Notes under the pieces: generated by a model
Database searches by the model: none
Told to the model about the DNA's origin: nothing
Seen by the model: only the letters and a program-made list of their open reading frames with translations
Shown here: one piece after another, positions 36,301 to 51,300 of the stretch
Layout: each line of letters opens with the position of its first letter
Numbering within the stretch: the stretch's first letter is position 1
Made by a program: the position numbers and the translations under genes
Assembly (NCBI RefSeq): GCF_963921235.1
Contig: NC_086101.1
Span: forward strand, 2,234,001-2,298,000
Length of the DNA stretch: 64,000 nucleotides
Reading direction: 5' to 3'
From: Mobula hypostoma
Lineage: Eukaryota

Positions 36301-39300
36301 ATGTCCGTACACCCCTCTCCATCCCCATCCGCACCTCAATGTCTGTAAACCCCTCCCCATCCTCATCCCAATGTCTGTACACCCCACCCAATCCCCATCC
36401 CCATCCCAATGTCTTTACACCCCTCCCCATCTCCATCCCCATCCCAATGTCTTTACACCCCTCCCCATCTCCATCCCCATCCCAATGTCCGTACACCCCT
36501 CCCCATCCCCATACCCATTCCAATGTCTGTACACCCCTCCCCATCCCCATCCCAATGTCTGTACACCCCTCCCAATCCCCATCCTCATCCTTATGTCTGT
36601 ACACCCTTCCCCATCCCCATCCCCATCCCAATGTCTGTACACCCCTCTCCATCCCCATCCCAATGTCTGTACACCCCTCCCAATCCACATCCCCATCCCA
36701 ATGTCCCTACACCCTTCCCCATCCCCATCCCCATCCCAATGTCTGTACACCCCTCCCCAACCCCATCCCAATGTCTGTACACCCCTCTCCATCCCCATCC
36801 CCATCCCAATGACTGTCCATCCTTCCCATCCCCAATCCCCACCCCAATGTCTGTACACGCCTCCCCATCCCCATCCCAATGTCTGTACACCCCTCCCCAT
36901 CCCCATCCCAATGTCTGTACACCCCTCTCCATCCCCATCCCAATGTCTGTACACCCCTCCTAATCCGCATCCCCATCCCAATTTCTGTCCACCTTTCCCA
37001 TCTCCAATCCCCATCCCAACGTCTGTACACCCCTCCTCATCCCCATCCCAATGTCTGTACATCCCTCCCCATCCCCAACCCCATCCCAATGTCTGTCCAC
37101 CCCTCCCCATCCGCATCCCAATGTCTGTACACCCCTCCCCATCCCCATCCCCATCACAATGTCTGTACACCCCTCCCCATCCCAATCCCAATGTCTGTAC
37201 ACCCCTCCCCTCCCCTCCCCATCCCAATGTCCGTACACCCCTCCCAATCCCCATCCCCATCCCTATCCCAATGTCTGTACACCCCTCCCCATCCCCACCC
37301 CAATGTCTGTACACCCCTCCCCATCCCCATCACCATCCAAATGTCTGTACACCCCTACTCATCCCCATCCCCACCCCAATGTCTGTACACCCCTCCCCAA
37401 CCCCATCCCCATCACAAAGTCCGTACACCCCTCCCCATCCCCATCACAATGTCCATACACCCCTCCCCATCCCCATCACAATGTCCATACACCCCTCCCC
37501 ATCCCGATCCGCACCTCAATGTCTGTAAACCCCTCCTCATCCCCATCCCAATGTCTGTACACCCCACCCAGCCCCCATCCCAATGTCTGTACATCCCTCC
37601 CCATCCCCATCCCCATCACAATGTCTGTACATCCCTCCCCATCCCAATCCCAATGTCTGTACACCCCTCCCCTCCCCTCCCCATCCCAATGTCTGTACAG
37701 CCCTCCCCATCCCCATCCCCACCCCAATGTCTGTACACCCCTCACCATCCCCATCCCCACCCCAATGTCTGTACACTCCTCCTCATCCCAATGTCTGTAC
37801 ACCCCTCCGCATCCCCATCCCCATCCCCATTCCAATGTCTGTACACCCCTCCTCATCCCCATCCCCACCCCAATGTCTGTACACCCCTCACCATCCCCAA
37901 CACAATGTCTGTACACCCCTCCACATCCCCATCCCCATCCCCATCCCAATGTCTGTACACCCCTCCCCAACCCCATCCCCACCCCAATGTCTGTACACCC
38001 CTCCCCATCCCCATCCCAATGTCTGTACACCCCTCCTCATCCCCATCCCCACCCCAATGACTGTACACCCCTCCCCAACCCCATCCCCATCACAATGTCC
38101 GTACACCCCTCCCCATCCCAATGTCTGTACACCCCACCCAATCCCCATCCCAATGTATGTACACCCCTCGCCATCCCCATCCCCATCACAATGTCTGTAC
38201 ACCCCTCCCCATCCCCACCCCAATGACTATACACCCCTCCCCAACCCCATCCCCATCCAAATATCTGTACACCCCTCCCCATCCCCATCCCCACCCCAAT
38301 GTCCGTACATCCCTCCCAATCCCCATTCCCATCCCAATGTCTGTACACCCCTCACCATCCCCATCCCCACCCCAATGCCTGTACACCCCTCCCCAACCCC
38401 ATCCCCATCCAAATGTCTGTACACCCCTCCTCATCCCCATCACGATGTCCGTACACCCCTCTCCATCCCCATCCGCACCTCAATGTCTGTAAACCCCTCC
38501 CCATCCTCATCCCAATGTCTGTACACCCCACCCAATCCCCATCCCCATCCCAATGTCTTTACACCCCTCCCCATCTCTATCCCCATCCCAATGTCTTTAC
38601 ACCCCTCCCCATCTCCATCCCCATCCCAATGTCCGTACACCCCTCCCCATCCCCATCCCCATTCCAATGTCTGTACACCCCTCCCCATCCCCATCCCAAT
38701 GTCTGTACACCCCTCCCAATCCCCATCCTCATCCTTATGTCTGTACACCCTTCCCCATCCCCATCCTCATCCCAATGTCTGTACACCCCTCTCCATCCCC
38801 ATCCCAATGTCTGTACACCCCTCCCAATCCACATCCCCATCCCAATGTCCCTACACCCTTCCCCATCCCCATCCCCATCCCAATGTCTGTACACCCCTCC
38901 CCAACCCCATCCCAATGTCTGTACACCCCTCTCCATCCCCATCCCCATCCCAATGACTGTCCATCCTTCCCATCCCCAATCCCCACCCCAATGTCTGTAC
39001 ACGCCTCCCCATCCCCATCCCAATGTCTGTACACCCCTCCCCATCCCCATCCCAATGTCTGTACACCCCTCTCCATCCCCATCCCAATGTCTGTACACTC
39101 CTCCTAATCCGCATCCCCATCCCAATTTCTGTCCACCTTTCCCATCCCTAATCCCCACCCCAACGTCTGTACACCCCTCCTCATCGCCATCCCCATCCCA
39201 ACGTCTGTACACCCCTCCTCATCCCCATCCCAATGTCTGTACATCCCTCCCCATCCCCAACCCCATCCCAATGTCTGTCCACCCCTCCCCATCCGCATCC

Positions 39301-42300
39301 CAATGTCTGTACACCCCTCCCCATCCCCATCCCCATCACAATGTCTGTACACCCCTCCCCATCCCAATCCCAATGTCTGTACACCCCTCCCCTCCCCTCC
39401 CCATCCCAATGTCCGTACACCCCTCCCAATCCCCATCCCAATCCCTATCCCAATGTCTGTACACCCCTCCCCATCCCCACCCCAATGTCTGTACACCCCT
39501 CCCCATCCCCATCACCATCCAAATGTCTGTACACCCCTCCTCATCCCCATCCCCACCCCAATGTCTGTACACCCCTCCCAAACCCCATCCCCATCACAAT
39601 GTCCATACACCCCTCCCCATCCCCATCACAATGTCCATACACCCCTCCCCATCCCGATCCGCACCTCAATGTCTGTAAACCCCTCCTCATCCCCATCCCA
39701 ATGTCTGTACACCCCACCCAGCCCCATCCCAATGTCTGTACATCCCTCCCCATCCCCATCCCCATCACAATGTCTGTACATCCCTCCCCATCCCAATCCC
39801 AATGTCTGTACACCCCTCCCCTCCCCTCCCCATCCCAATGTCTGTACAGCCCTCCCCATCCCCATCCCCACCCCAATGTCTGTACACCCCTCACCATCCC
39901 CATCCCCACCCCAATGTCTGTACACTCCTCCTCATCCCAATGTCTGTACACCCCTCCCCATCCCCATCCCCATCCCCATTCCAATGTCTGTACACCCCTC
40001 CTCATCCCCATCCCCACCCCAATGTCTGCACACCCCTCACCATCCCCAACACAATGTCTGTACACCCCTCCACATCCCCATCCCCATCCCCATCCCAATG
40101 TCTGTACACCCCTCCTCATCCCCATCCCAATGTCTGTACACCCCTCCTCATCCCCATCCCCACCCCAATGACTGTACACCCCTCCCCAACCCCATCCCCA
40201 TCCAAATGTCTGTACACCGCTCCTCATCCCCATCCCCACCCCAATGTCTGTACACCCCTCCCCAACCCCATCCCCATCACAATGTCCGTACACCCCTCCC
40301 CATCCCAATGTCTGTACACCCCTCCCCATCCCCACCCCAATGACTGTACACCCCTCCCCAACCCCATCCCCATCCAAATGTCTGTACACCCCTCCCCATC
40401 CCCATCCCCACCCCAATGTCCGTACATCCCTCCCAAACCCCATCCCCATCCCAATGTCTGTACACCCCTCACCATCCCCATCCGCACCCCAATGTCTGTA
40501 CACCCCTCCCCAACCCCATCCCCATCCAAATGTCTGTACACCCGTCCTCATCCCCATCCCCACCCCAATGACTGTACACCCCTCCCCAACCCCATCCCCA
40601 TCCAAATGTCTGTACACCCGTCCTCATCCCCATCCCCACCCGAATGTCTGTACACCCCTCCCCAACCCCATCCCCATCCAAATGTCTGTACACCCCTCCT
40701 CATCCCCATCCCCACCGCAATGATTGTACACCCCTCCCCAACCCCATCCCCACCCCAATGTCTGTACACCCCTCCCCATCCCCATCCCAATGTCTGTACA
40801 CCCCTCCTCATCCCCATCCCCACCCCAATGACTGTACACCCCTCCCCAACCCCATCCCCATCACAATGTCCGTACACCCCTCCCCATCCCAATGTCTGTA
40901 CACCCCACCCAATCCCCATCCCAATGTATGTACACACCTCGCCATCCCCATCCCCATCACAATGTCTGTACACACCTCCCCATCCCCACCCCAATGACTG
41001 TACACCCCTCCCCAACCCCATCCCCATCCAAATATCTGTACACCCCTCCCCATCCCCATCCCCACCCCAATGTCCGTACATCCCTCCCAATCCCCATCCC
41101 CATCCCAATGTCTGTACACCCCTCACCATCCCCATCCCCACCCCAATGCCTGTACACCCCTCCCCAACCCCATCCCCACCCCAATGTCTGTACACCCCTC
41201 CTCATCCCCATCACGATGTCCGTACACCCCTCTCCATCCCCATCCGCACCTCAATGTCTGTAAACCCCTCCCCATCCTCATCCCAATGTCTGTACACCCC
41301 ACCCAATCCCCATCCCCATCCCAATGTCTTTACACCCCTCCCCATCTCCATCCCCATCCCAATGTCCGTACACCCCTCCCCATCCCCATCCCCATTCCAA
41401 TGTCTGTACACCCCTCCCCATCCCCATCCCAATGTCTGTACACCCCTCCCAATCCCCATCCCCATCCTTATGTCTGTACACCCTTCCCCATCCCCATCCC
41501 CATCCCAATGTCTGTACATCCCTCTCCATCCCCATCCCAATGTCTGTACACCCCTCCCAATCCACATCCCCATCCCAATGTCTCTACACCCTTCCCCATC
41601 CCCATCCCCATCCCCATCCCAATGTCTGTACACCCCTCCCCAACCCCATCCCAATGTCTGTACACCCCTCTCCATCCCCATCCCCATCCCAATGACTGTC
41701 CATCCTTCCCATCCCCAATCCCCACCCCAATGTCTGTACACCCCTCCCCATCCCCATCCCAATGTCTGTACACCCCTCTCCATCCCCATCCCAATGTCTG
41801 TACACCCCTCCTAATCCGCATCCCCATCCCAATTTCTGTCCACCTTTCCCATCCCCAATCCCCACCCCAATGTCTGTACACCCCTCCTCATCGCCATCCC
41901 CATCCCAATGTCTGTACACCCCTCCTCATCCCCATCCCAATGTCTGTACATCCCTCCCCATCCCCAACCCCATCCCAATGTCTGTCCACCCCTCCCCATC
42001 CGCATCCCAATGTCTGTACACCCCTCCCCCTCCCCATCCCCATCCCAATGTCTGTACACCCCATCCCCATCCCCATCCCAATGTCTGTACACCCCTCCCC
42101 TCCCCTCCCCATCCCAATGTCCGTACACCCCTCCCAATCCCCATCCCCATCCCTATCCCAATGTCTGTACACCCCTCCCCATCCCCACCCCAATGTCTGT
42201 ACACCCCTCCCCATCCCCATCACCATCCAAATGTCTGTACACCCCTCCTCATCCGCATCCCCACCCCAATGTCTGTACACCCGTCCCCAACCCCATCCCC

Positions 42301-45300
42301 ATCACAATGTCCGTACACCCCTCCCCATCCCCATCACAATGTCCATACACCCCTCCCCATCCCGATCCGCACCTCAATGTCTGTAAACCCCTCCTCATCC
42401 CCATCCCAATGTCTGTACACCCCACCCAGCCCCCATCCCAATGTCTGTACATCCCTCCCCATCCCCATCCCCATCACAATGTCTGTACATCCCTCCCCTC
42501 CCCTCCCCATCCCAATGTCTGTACAGCCCTCCCCATCCCCATCCCCACCCCAATGTCTGTACACTCCTCACCATCCCCATCCCCACCCCAATGTCTGTAC
42601 ACTCCTCCTCATCCCAATGTCTGTACACCCCTCCTCATCCCCATCCCCACCCCAATGTCTGTACACCCCTCACCATCCCCAACACAATGTCTGTACACCC
42701 CTCCACATCCACATCCCCATCCCCATCCCAATGTCTGTACACCCCTCCTCATCCCCATCCCAATGTCTGTACACCCCTCCTCATCCCCATCCCCACCCCA
42801 ATGACTGTACACCCCTCCCCAACCCCATCCCCATCCAAATGTCTGTACACCGCTCCTCATCCCCATCCCTACCCCAATGTCTGTACACCCCTCCCCCACC
42901 CCATCCCCATCACAATGTCCGTACAGCCCTCCCCATCCCAATGTCTGTACACCCCTCCCCATCCCCATCCCAATGTCTGTACACCCCTTGCCATCCCCAT
43001 TCCCATCACAATGTCTGTACACCCCTCCCCATCCCCACCCCAATGACTGTACACCCCTCCCCAACACCATCCCCATCCAAATGTATGTACACCCGTCCTC
43101 ATCCCCATCCCCACCCCAATGACTGTACACCCCTCCCCAACCCCATCCCCATCCAAATGTCTGTACACCCCTCCTCATCCCCATCCCAATGTCTGTACAC
43201 CCCTCCTCATCCCCATCCCCACCCCAATGTCTGTACACCCCTCCCCAACCCCATCCCCATCACAATGTCCATACAGCCCTCCCCATCCCAATGTCTGTAC
43301 ACCCCTCCCCATCCCCATCCCAATGTCTGTACACCCCTTGCCATCCCCATTCCCATCACAATGTCTGTACACCCCTCCCCATCCCCACCCCAATGACTGT
43401 ACACCCCTCCCCAACCCCATCCCCATCCAAATGTCTGTACACCCGTCCTCATCCCCATCCCCACCCCAATGACTGTACACCCCTCCCCAACCCCATCCCC
43501 ATCCAAATGTCTGTACACCCCTCCCCATCCCCATCCCCATCCCCACCCCAATGTCCGTACATCCCTCCCAATCCCCATCCCCATCCCAATGTCTGTACAC
43601 CCCTCACCATCCCCATCCCCAACCCAATGTCTGTACACCCCTCCCCAACCCCATCCCCATCCAAATGTCTGTACACCCCTCCTCATCCCCATCCCCACCC
43701 CAATGTCTGTACATCACTCACCAACCCCATCCCCATCCAAATGTCTGTACACCCCTCCTCATCCCCATCCCCACCCCAATGTCTGTACACCCCTCCCCAA
43801 CCCAATCCACATTACAATGTCCGTACACCCCTCCCCATCCCAATGTCTGTACACCCCTCCCCATCCCCATCACAATATCCATACACCCCTCCCCATCCCC
43901 ATCACAATGTCCGTACACCCCTCTCCATCCCCATCACAATGTCCGTACACCCCTCTCCATCCCCATCCGCACCTCAATGTCTGTAAACCCCTCCCCATCC
44001 TCATCCCAATGTCTGTACACCCCACCCAATCCCGATCCCCATCCCAATGTCTTTACACCCCTCCCCATCTCCATCCCCATCCCAATGTCTTTACACCCCT
44101 CCCCATCTCCATCCCCATCCCAATGTCCGTACCCCCATCCCATCCCCATCCCCATTCCAATGTCTGTACACCCCTCCCAATCCCCATCCCCATCCTTATG
44201 TCTGTACACCCTTCCCCATCCCCATCCCCATGCCAATGTCTGTACACCCCTCTTCATCCCCATCCCAATGTCTGTACACCCCTCCCAATCCACATCCCCA
44301 TCCCAATGTCTCTACACCCTTCCCCATCCCCATCCCCATCCCAATGTCTGTACACCCCTCTCCATCCTCATCCCCATCCCAATGACTGTCCACCCTTCCC
44401 ATCCCCAATCCCCACCCCAATGTCTGTACACGCCTCCCCATCCCCATCCCAATGTCTGTACACCCCTCCCCAACCCCATCCCCATCACAAAGTCCGTACA
44501 CCCCTCCCCATCCCCATCACAATGTCCATACACCCCTCCCCATCCCCATCACAATGTCCATACACCCCTCCCCATCCCGATCCGCACCTCAATGTCTGTA
44601 AACCCCTCCTCATCCCCATCCCAATGTCTGTACACCCCACCCAGCCCCCATCCCAATGTCTGTACATCCCTCCCCATCCCCATCCCCATCACAATGTCTG
44701 TACATCCCTCCCCATCCCAATCCCAATGTCTGTACACCCCTCCCCTCCCCTCCCCATCCCAATGTCTGTACAGCCCTCCCCATCCCCATCCCCACCCCAA
44801 TGTCTGTACACCCCTCACCATCCCCATCCCCACCCCAATGTCTGTACACTCCTCCTCATCCCAATGTCTGTACACCCCTCCCCATCCCCATCCCCATCCC
44901 CATTCCAATGTCTGTACACCCCTCCTCATCCCCATCCCCACCCCAATGTCTGTACACCCCTCACCATCCCCAACACAATGTCTGTACAGCCCTCCACATC
45001 CCCATCCCCATCCCCATCCCAATGTCTGTACACCCCTCCTCATCCCCATCCCAATGTCTGTACACCCCTCCTCATCCCCATCCCCACCCCAATGACTGTA
45101 CACCCCTCCCCAACCCCATCCCCATCCAAATGTCTGTACACCGCTCCTCATCCCCATCCCCACCCCAATGTCTGTACACCCCTCCCCCAACCCCATCCCC
45201 ATCACAATGTCCGTACACCCCTCCCCATCCCAATGTCTGTACACCCCTCCCCATCCCCATCCCAATGTCTGTACACCCCTTGCCATCCCCATTCCCATCA

Positions 45301-48300
45301 CAATGTCTGTACACCCCTCCCCATCCCCACCCCAATGACTGTACACCCCTCCCCAACCCCATCCACATCCAAATGTCTGTACACCCGTCCTCATCCCCAT
45401 CCCCACCCCAATGACTGTACACCCCTCCCCAACCCCATCCCCATCCAAATGTCTGTACACCCCTCCCCATCCCCATCCCCACCCCAATGTCCGTACATCC
45501 CTCCCAATCCCCATCCCCATCCCAATGTCTGTACACCCCTCACCATCCCCATCCCCACCCCAATGTCTGTACACCCCTCCCCAACCCCATTCCCATACAA
45601 ATGTCTGTACACCCGTCCTCATCCCCATCCCCACCCCAATGACTGTACACCCCTCCCCAACCCCATCCCCATCCAAATGTCTGTACACCCGTCCTCATCC
45701 CCATCCCCACCCCAATGACTGTACACCCCTCCCCAACCCCATCCCCATCCAAATGTCTGTACACCCCTCCTCATCCCCATCCCCACCCCAATGACTGTAC
45801 ACCCCTCCCCAACCTCATCCCCACCCCAATGTCTGTACACCCCTCCCCATCCCCATCCCAATGTCTGTACACCCCTCCTCATCCCTATCCCCACCCCAAT
45901 GACTGTACACCCCTCCCCAACCCCATCCCTATCACAATGTCCGTACACCCCTCCCCATCCCAATGTCTGTACACCCCACCCAATCCCCATCCCAATGTAT
46001 GTACACCCCTCGCCATCCCCATCCCCATCACAATGTCTGTACACCCCTCCCCATCCCCACCCCAATGACTGTACACCCCTCCCCAACCCCATCCCCATCC
46101 AAATATCTGTACACCCCTCCCCATCCCCATCCCCACCCCAATGTCCGTACATCCCTCCCAATCCCCATCCCCATCCCAATGTCTGTACACCCCTCACCAT
46201 CCCCATCCCCACCCCAATGCCTGTACACCCCTCCCCAACCCCATCCCCACCCCAATGTCTGTACACCCCTCCTCATCCCCATCACGATGTCCGTACACCC
46301 CTCTCCATCCCCATCCGCACCTCAATGTCTGTAAACCCCTCCCCATCCTCATCCCAATGTCTGTACACCCCACCCCATCCCCATCCCCATCCCAATGTCT
46401 TTACACCCCTCCCCATCTCCATCCCCATCCCAATGTCTTTACACCCCTCCCCATCTCCATCCCCATCCCAATGTCCGTACACCCCTCCCCATCCCCATCC
46501 CCATTCCAATGTCTGTACACCCCTCCCCATCCCCATCCCAATGTCTGTACACCCCTCCCAATCCCCATCCCCATCCTTATGTCTGTACACCCTTCCCCAT
46601 CCCCATCCCCATCCCAATGTCTGTACATCCCTCTCCATCCCCATCCCAATGACTGTTCACCCCTAACAAACCACATCCCCATCCCAATGTCTCTACACCC
46701 TTCCCCATCCCCATCCCCATCCCCATCCCAATGTCTGTACACCCCTCCCCAACCCCATCCCAATGTCTGTACACCCCTCTCCATCCCCATCCCCATCCCA
46801 ATGACTGTCCATCCTTCCCATCCAAAATCCCCACCCCAATGTCTGTACACCCCTCCCCATCCCCATCCCAATGTCTGTACACCCCTCTCCATCCCCATCC
46901 CAATGTCTGTACACCCCTCCTAATCCGCATCCCCATCCCAATTTCTGTCCACCTTTCCCATCCCCAATCCCCACCCCAATGTCTGTACACCCCTCCTCAT
47001 CGCCATCCCCATCCCAATGTCTGTACACCCCTCCTCATCCCCATCCCAATGTCTGTACATCCCTCCCCATCCCCAACCCCATCCCAATGTCTGTCCACCC
47101 CTCCCCATCCGCATCCCAATGTCTGTACACCCCTCCCCATCCCCATCCCCATCACAATGTCTGTACACCCCTCCCCATCCCAATCCCAATGTCTGTACAC
47201 CCCTCCCCTCCCCTCCCCATCCCAATGTCCGTACACCCCTCCCAATCCCCATCCCCATCCCTATCCCAATGTCTGTACACCCCTCCCCATCCCCACCCCA
47301 ATGTCTGTACACCCCTCCCCATCCCCATCACCATCCAAATGTCTGTACACCCCTCCTCATCCCCATCCCCACCCCAATGTCTGTACACCCGTCCCCAACC
47401 CCATCCCCATCACAATGTCCGTACACCCCTCCCCATCCCCATCACAATGTCCATACACCCCTCCCCATCCCGATCCGCACCTCAATGTCTGTAAACCCCT
47501 CCTCATCCCCATCCCAATGTCTGTACACCCCACCCAGCCCCCATCCCAATGTCTGTACATCCCTCCCCATCCCCATCCCCATCACAATGTCTGTACATCC
47601 CTCCCCATCCCAATCCCAATGTCTGTACACCCCTCCCCTCCCCTCCCCATCCCAATGTCTGTACAGCCCTCCCCATCCCCATCCCCACCCCAATGTCTGT
47701 ACACTCCTCACCATCCCCATCCCCACCCCAATGTCTGTACACTCCTCCTCATCCCAATGTCTGTACACCCCTCCTCATCCCCATCCCCACCCCAATGTCT
47801 GTACACCCCTCCCCAACCCAATCCACATTACAATGTCCGTACACCCCTCCCCATCCCAATGTCTGTACACCCCTCCCCATCCCCATCACAATATCCATAC
47901 ACCCCTCCCCATCCCCATCACAATGTCCGTACACCCCTCTCCATCCCCATCACAATGTCCGTACACCCCTCTCCATCCCCATCCGCACCTCAATGTCTGT
48001 AAACCCCTCCCCATCCTCATCCCAATGTCTGTACACCGCACCCAATCCCGATCCCCATCCCAATGTCTTTACACCCCTCCCCATCTCCATCCCCATCCCA
48101 ATGTCTTTACACCCCTCCCCATCTCCATCCCCATCCCAATGTCCGTACCCCCATCCCATCCCCATCCCCATTCCAATGTCTGTACACCCCTCCCAATCCC
48201 CATCCCCATCCTTATGTCTGTACACCCTTCCCCATCCCCATCCCCATGCCAATGTCTGTACACCCCTCTTCATCCCCATCCCAATGTCTGTACACCCCTC

Positions 48301-51300
48301 CCAATCCACATCCCCATCCCAATGTCTCTACACCCTTCCCCATCCCCATCCCCATCCCAATGTCTGTACACCCCTCTCCATCCTCATCCCCATCCCAATG
48401 ACTGTCCACCCTTCCCATCCCCAATCCCCACCCCAATGTCTGTACACGCCTCCCCATCCCCATCCCAATGTCTGTACACCCCTCCCCAACCCCATCCCCA
48501 TCACAAAGTCCGTACACCCCTCCCCATCCCCATCACAATGTCCATACACCCCTCCCCATCCCCATCACAATGTCCATACACCCCTCCCCATCCCGATCCG
48601 CACCTCAATGTCTGTAAACCCCTCCTCATCCCCATCCCAATGTCTGTACACCCCACCCAGCCCCCATCCCAATGTCTGTACATCCCTCCCCATCCCCATC
48701 CCCATCACAATGTCTGTACATCCCTCCCCATCCCAATCCCAATGTCTGTACACCCCTCCCCTCCCCTCCCCATCCCAATGTCTGTACAGCCCTCCCCATC
48801 CCCATCCCCACCCCAATGTCTGTACACCCCTCACCATCCCCATCCCCACCCCAATGTCTGTACACTCCTCCTCATCCCAATGTCTGTACACCCCTCACCA
48901 TCCCCAACACAATGTCTGTACAGCCCTCCACATCCCCATCCCCATCCCCATCCCAATGTCTGTACACCCCTCCCCATCCCCATCCCAATGTCTGTACACC
49001 CCTCCTCATCCCCATCCCCACCCCAATGACTGTACACCCCTCCCCAACCCCATCCCCATCCAAATGTCTGTACACCGCTCCTCATCCCCATCCCCACCCC
49101 AATGTCTGCACACCCCTCCCCAACCCCATCCCCATCACAATGTCCGTACACCCCTCCCCATCCCAATGTCTGTACACCCCTCCCCATCCCCATCCCAATG
49201 TCTGTACACCCCTTGCCATCCCCATTCCCATCACAATGTCTGTACACCCCTCCCCATCCCCACCCCAATGACTGTACACCCCTCCCCAACCCCATCCACA
49301 TCCAAATGTCTGTACACCCGTCCTCATCCCCATCCCCACCCCAATGACTGTACACCCCTCCCCAACCCCATCCCCATCCAAATGTCTGTACACCCCTCCC
49401 CATCCCCATCCCCACCCCAATGTCCGTACATCCCTCCCAATCCCCATCCCCATCCCAATGTCTGTACACCCCTCACCATCCCCATCCCCACCCCAATGTC
49501 TGTACACCCCTCCCCAACCCCATCCCCATCCAAATGTCTGTACACCCGTCCTCATCCCCATCCCCACCCCAATGACTGTACACCCCTCCCCAACCCCATC
49601 CCCATCCAAATGTCTGTACACCCGTCCTCATCCCCATCCCCACCCCAATGACTGTACACCCCTCCCCAACCCCATCCCCATCCAAATGTCTGTACACCCC
49701 TCCTCATCCCCATCCCCACCCCAATGACTGTACACCCCTCCCCCACCTCATCCCCACCCCAATGTCTGTACACCCCTCCCCATCCCCATCCCAATGTCTG
49801 TACACCCCTCCTCATCCCCATCCCCACCCCAATGACTGTACACCCCTCCCCAACCCCATCCCTATCACAATGTCCGTACACCCCTCCCCATCCCAATGTC
49901 TGTACACCCCACCCAATCCCCATCCCAATGTATGTACACCCCTCGCCATCCCCATCCCCATCACAATGTCTGTACACCCCTCCCCATCCCCACCCCAATG
50001 ACTGTACACCCCTCCCCAACCCCATCCCCATCCAAATATCTGTACACCCCTCCCCATCCCCATCCCCACCCCAATGTCCGTACATCCCTCCCAATCCCCA
50101 TCCCCATCCCAATGTCTGTACACCCCTCACCATCCCCATCCCCACCCCAATGCCTGTACACCCCTCCCCAACCCCATCCCCACCCCAATGTCTGTACACC
50201 CCTCCTCATCCCCATCACGATGTCCGTACACCCCTCTCCATCCAGATCCGCACCTCAATGTCTGTAAACCCCTCCCCATCCTCATCCCAATGTCTGTACA
50301 CCCCACCCAATCCCCATCCCCATCCCAATGTCTTTACACCCCTCCCCATCTCCATCCCCATCCCAATGTCCGTACACCCCTCCCCATCCCCATCCCCATT
50401 CCAATGTCTGTACACCCCTCCCCATCCCCATCCCAATGTCTGTACACCCCTCCCAATCCCCATCCCCATCCTTATGTCTGTACACCCTTCCCCATCCCCA
50501 TCCCCATCCCAATGTCTGTACATCCCTCTCCATCCCCATCCCAATGTCTGTACACCCCTCCCAATCCACATCCCCATCCCAATGTCTCTACACCCTTCCC
50601 CATCCCCATCCCCATCCCCATCCCAATGTCTGTACACCCCTCCCCAACCCCATCCCAATGTCTGTACACCCCTCTCCATCCCCATCCCCATCCCAATGAC
50701 TGTCCATCCTTCCCATCCCCAATCCCCACCCCAATGTCTGTACACCCCTCCCCATCCCCATCCCAATGTCTGTACACCCCTCTCCATCCCCATCCCAATG
50801 TCTGTACACCCCTCCTAATCCGCATCCCCATCCCAATTTCTGTCCACCTTTCCCATCCCCAATCCCCACCCCAATGTCTGTACACCCCTCCTCATCGCCA
50901 TCCCCATCCCAATGTCTGTACACCCCTCCTCATCCCCATCCCAATGTCTGTACATCCCTCCCCATCCCCAACCCCATCCCAATGTCTGTCCACCCCTCCC
51001 CATCCGCATCCCAATGTCTGTACACCCCTCCCCATCCCCATCCCCATCACAATGTCTGTACACCCCTCCCCATCCCAATCCCAATGTCTGTACACCCCTC
51101 CCCTCCCCTCCCCATCCCAATGTCCGTACACCCCTCCCAATCCCCATCCCCATCCCTATCCCAATGTCTGTACACCCCTCCCCATCCCCACCCCAATGTC
51201 TGTACACCCCTCCCCATCCCCATCACCATCCAAATGTCTGTACACCCCTCCTCATCCCCATCCCCACCCCAATGTCTGTACACCCGTCCCCAACCCCATC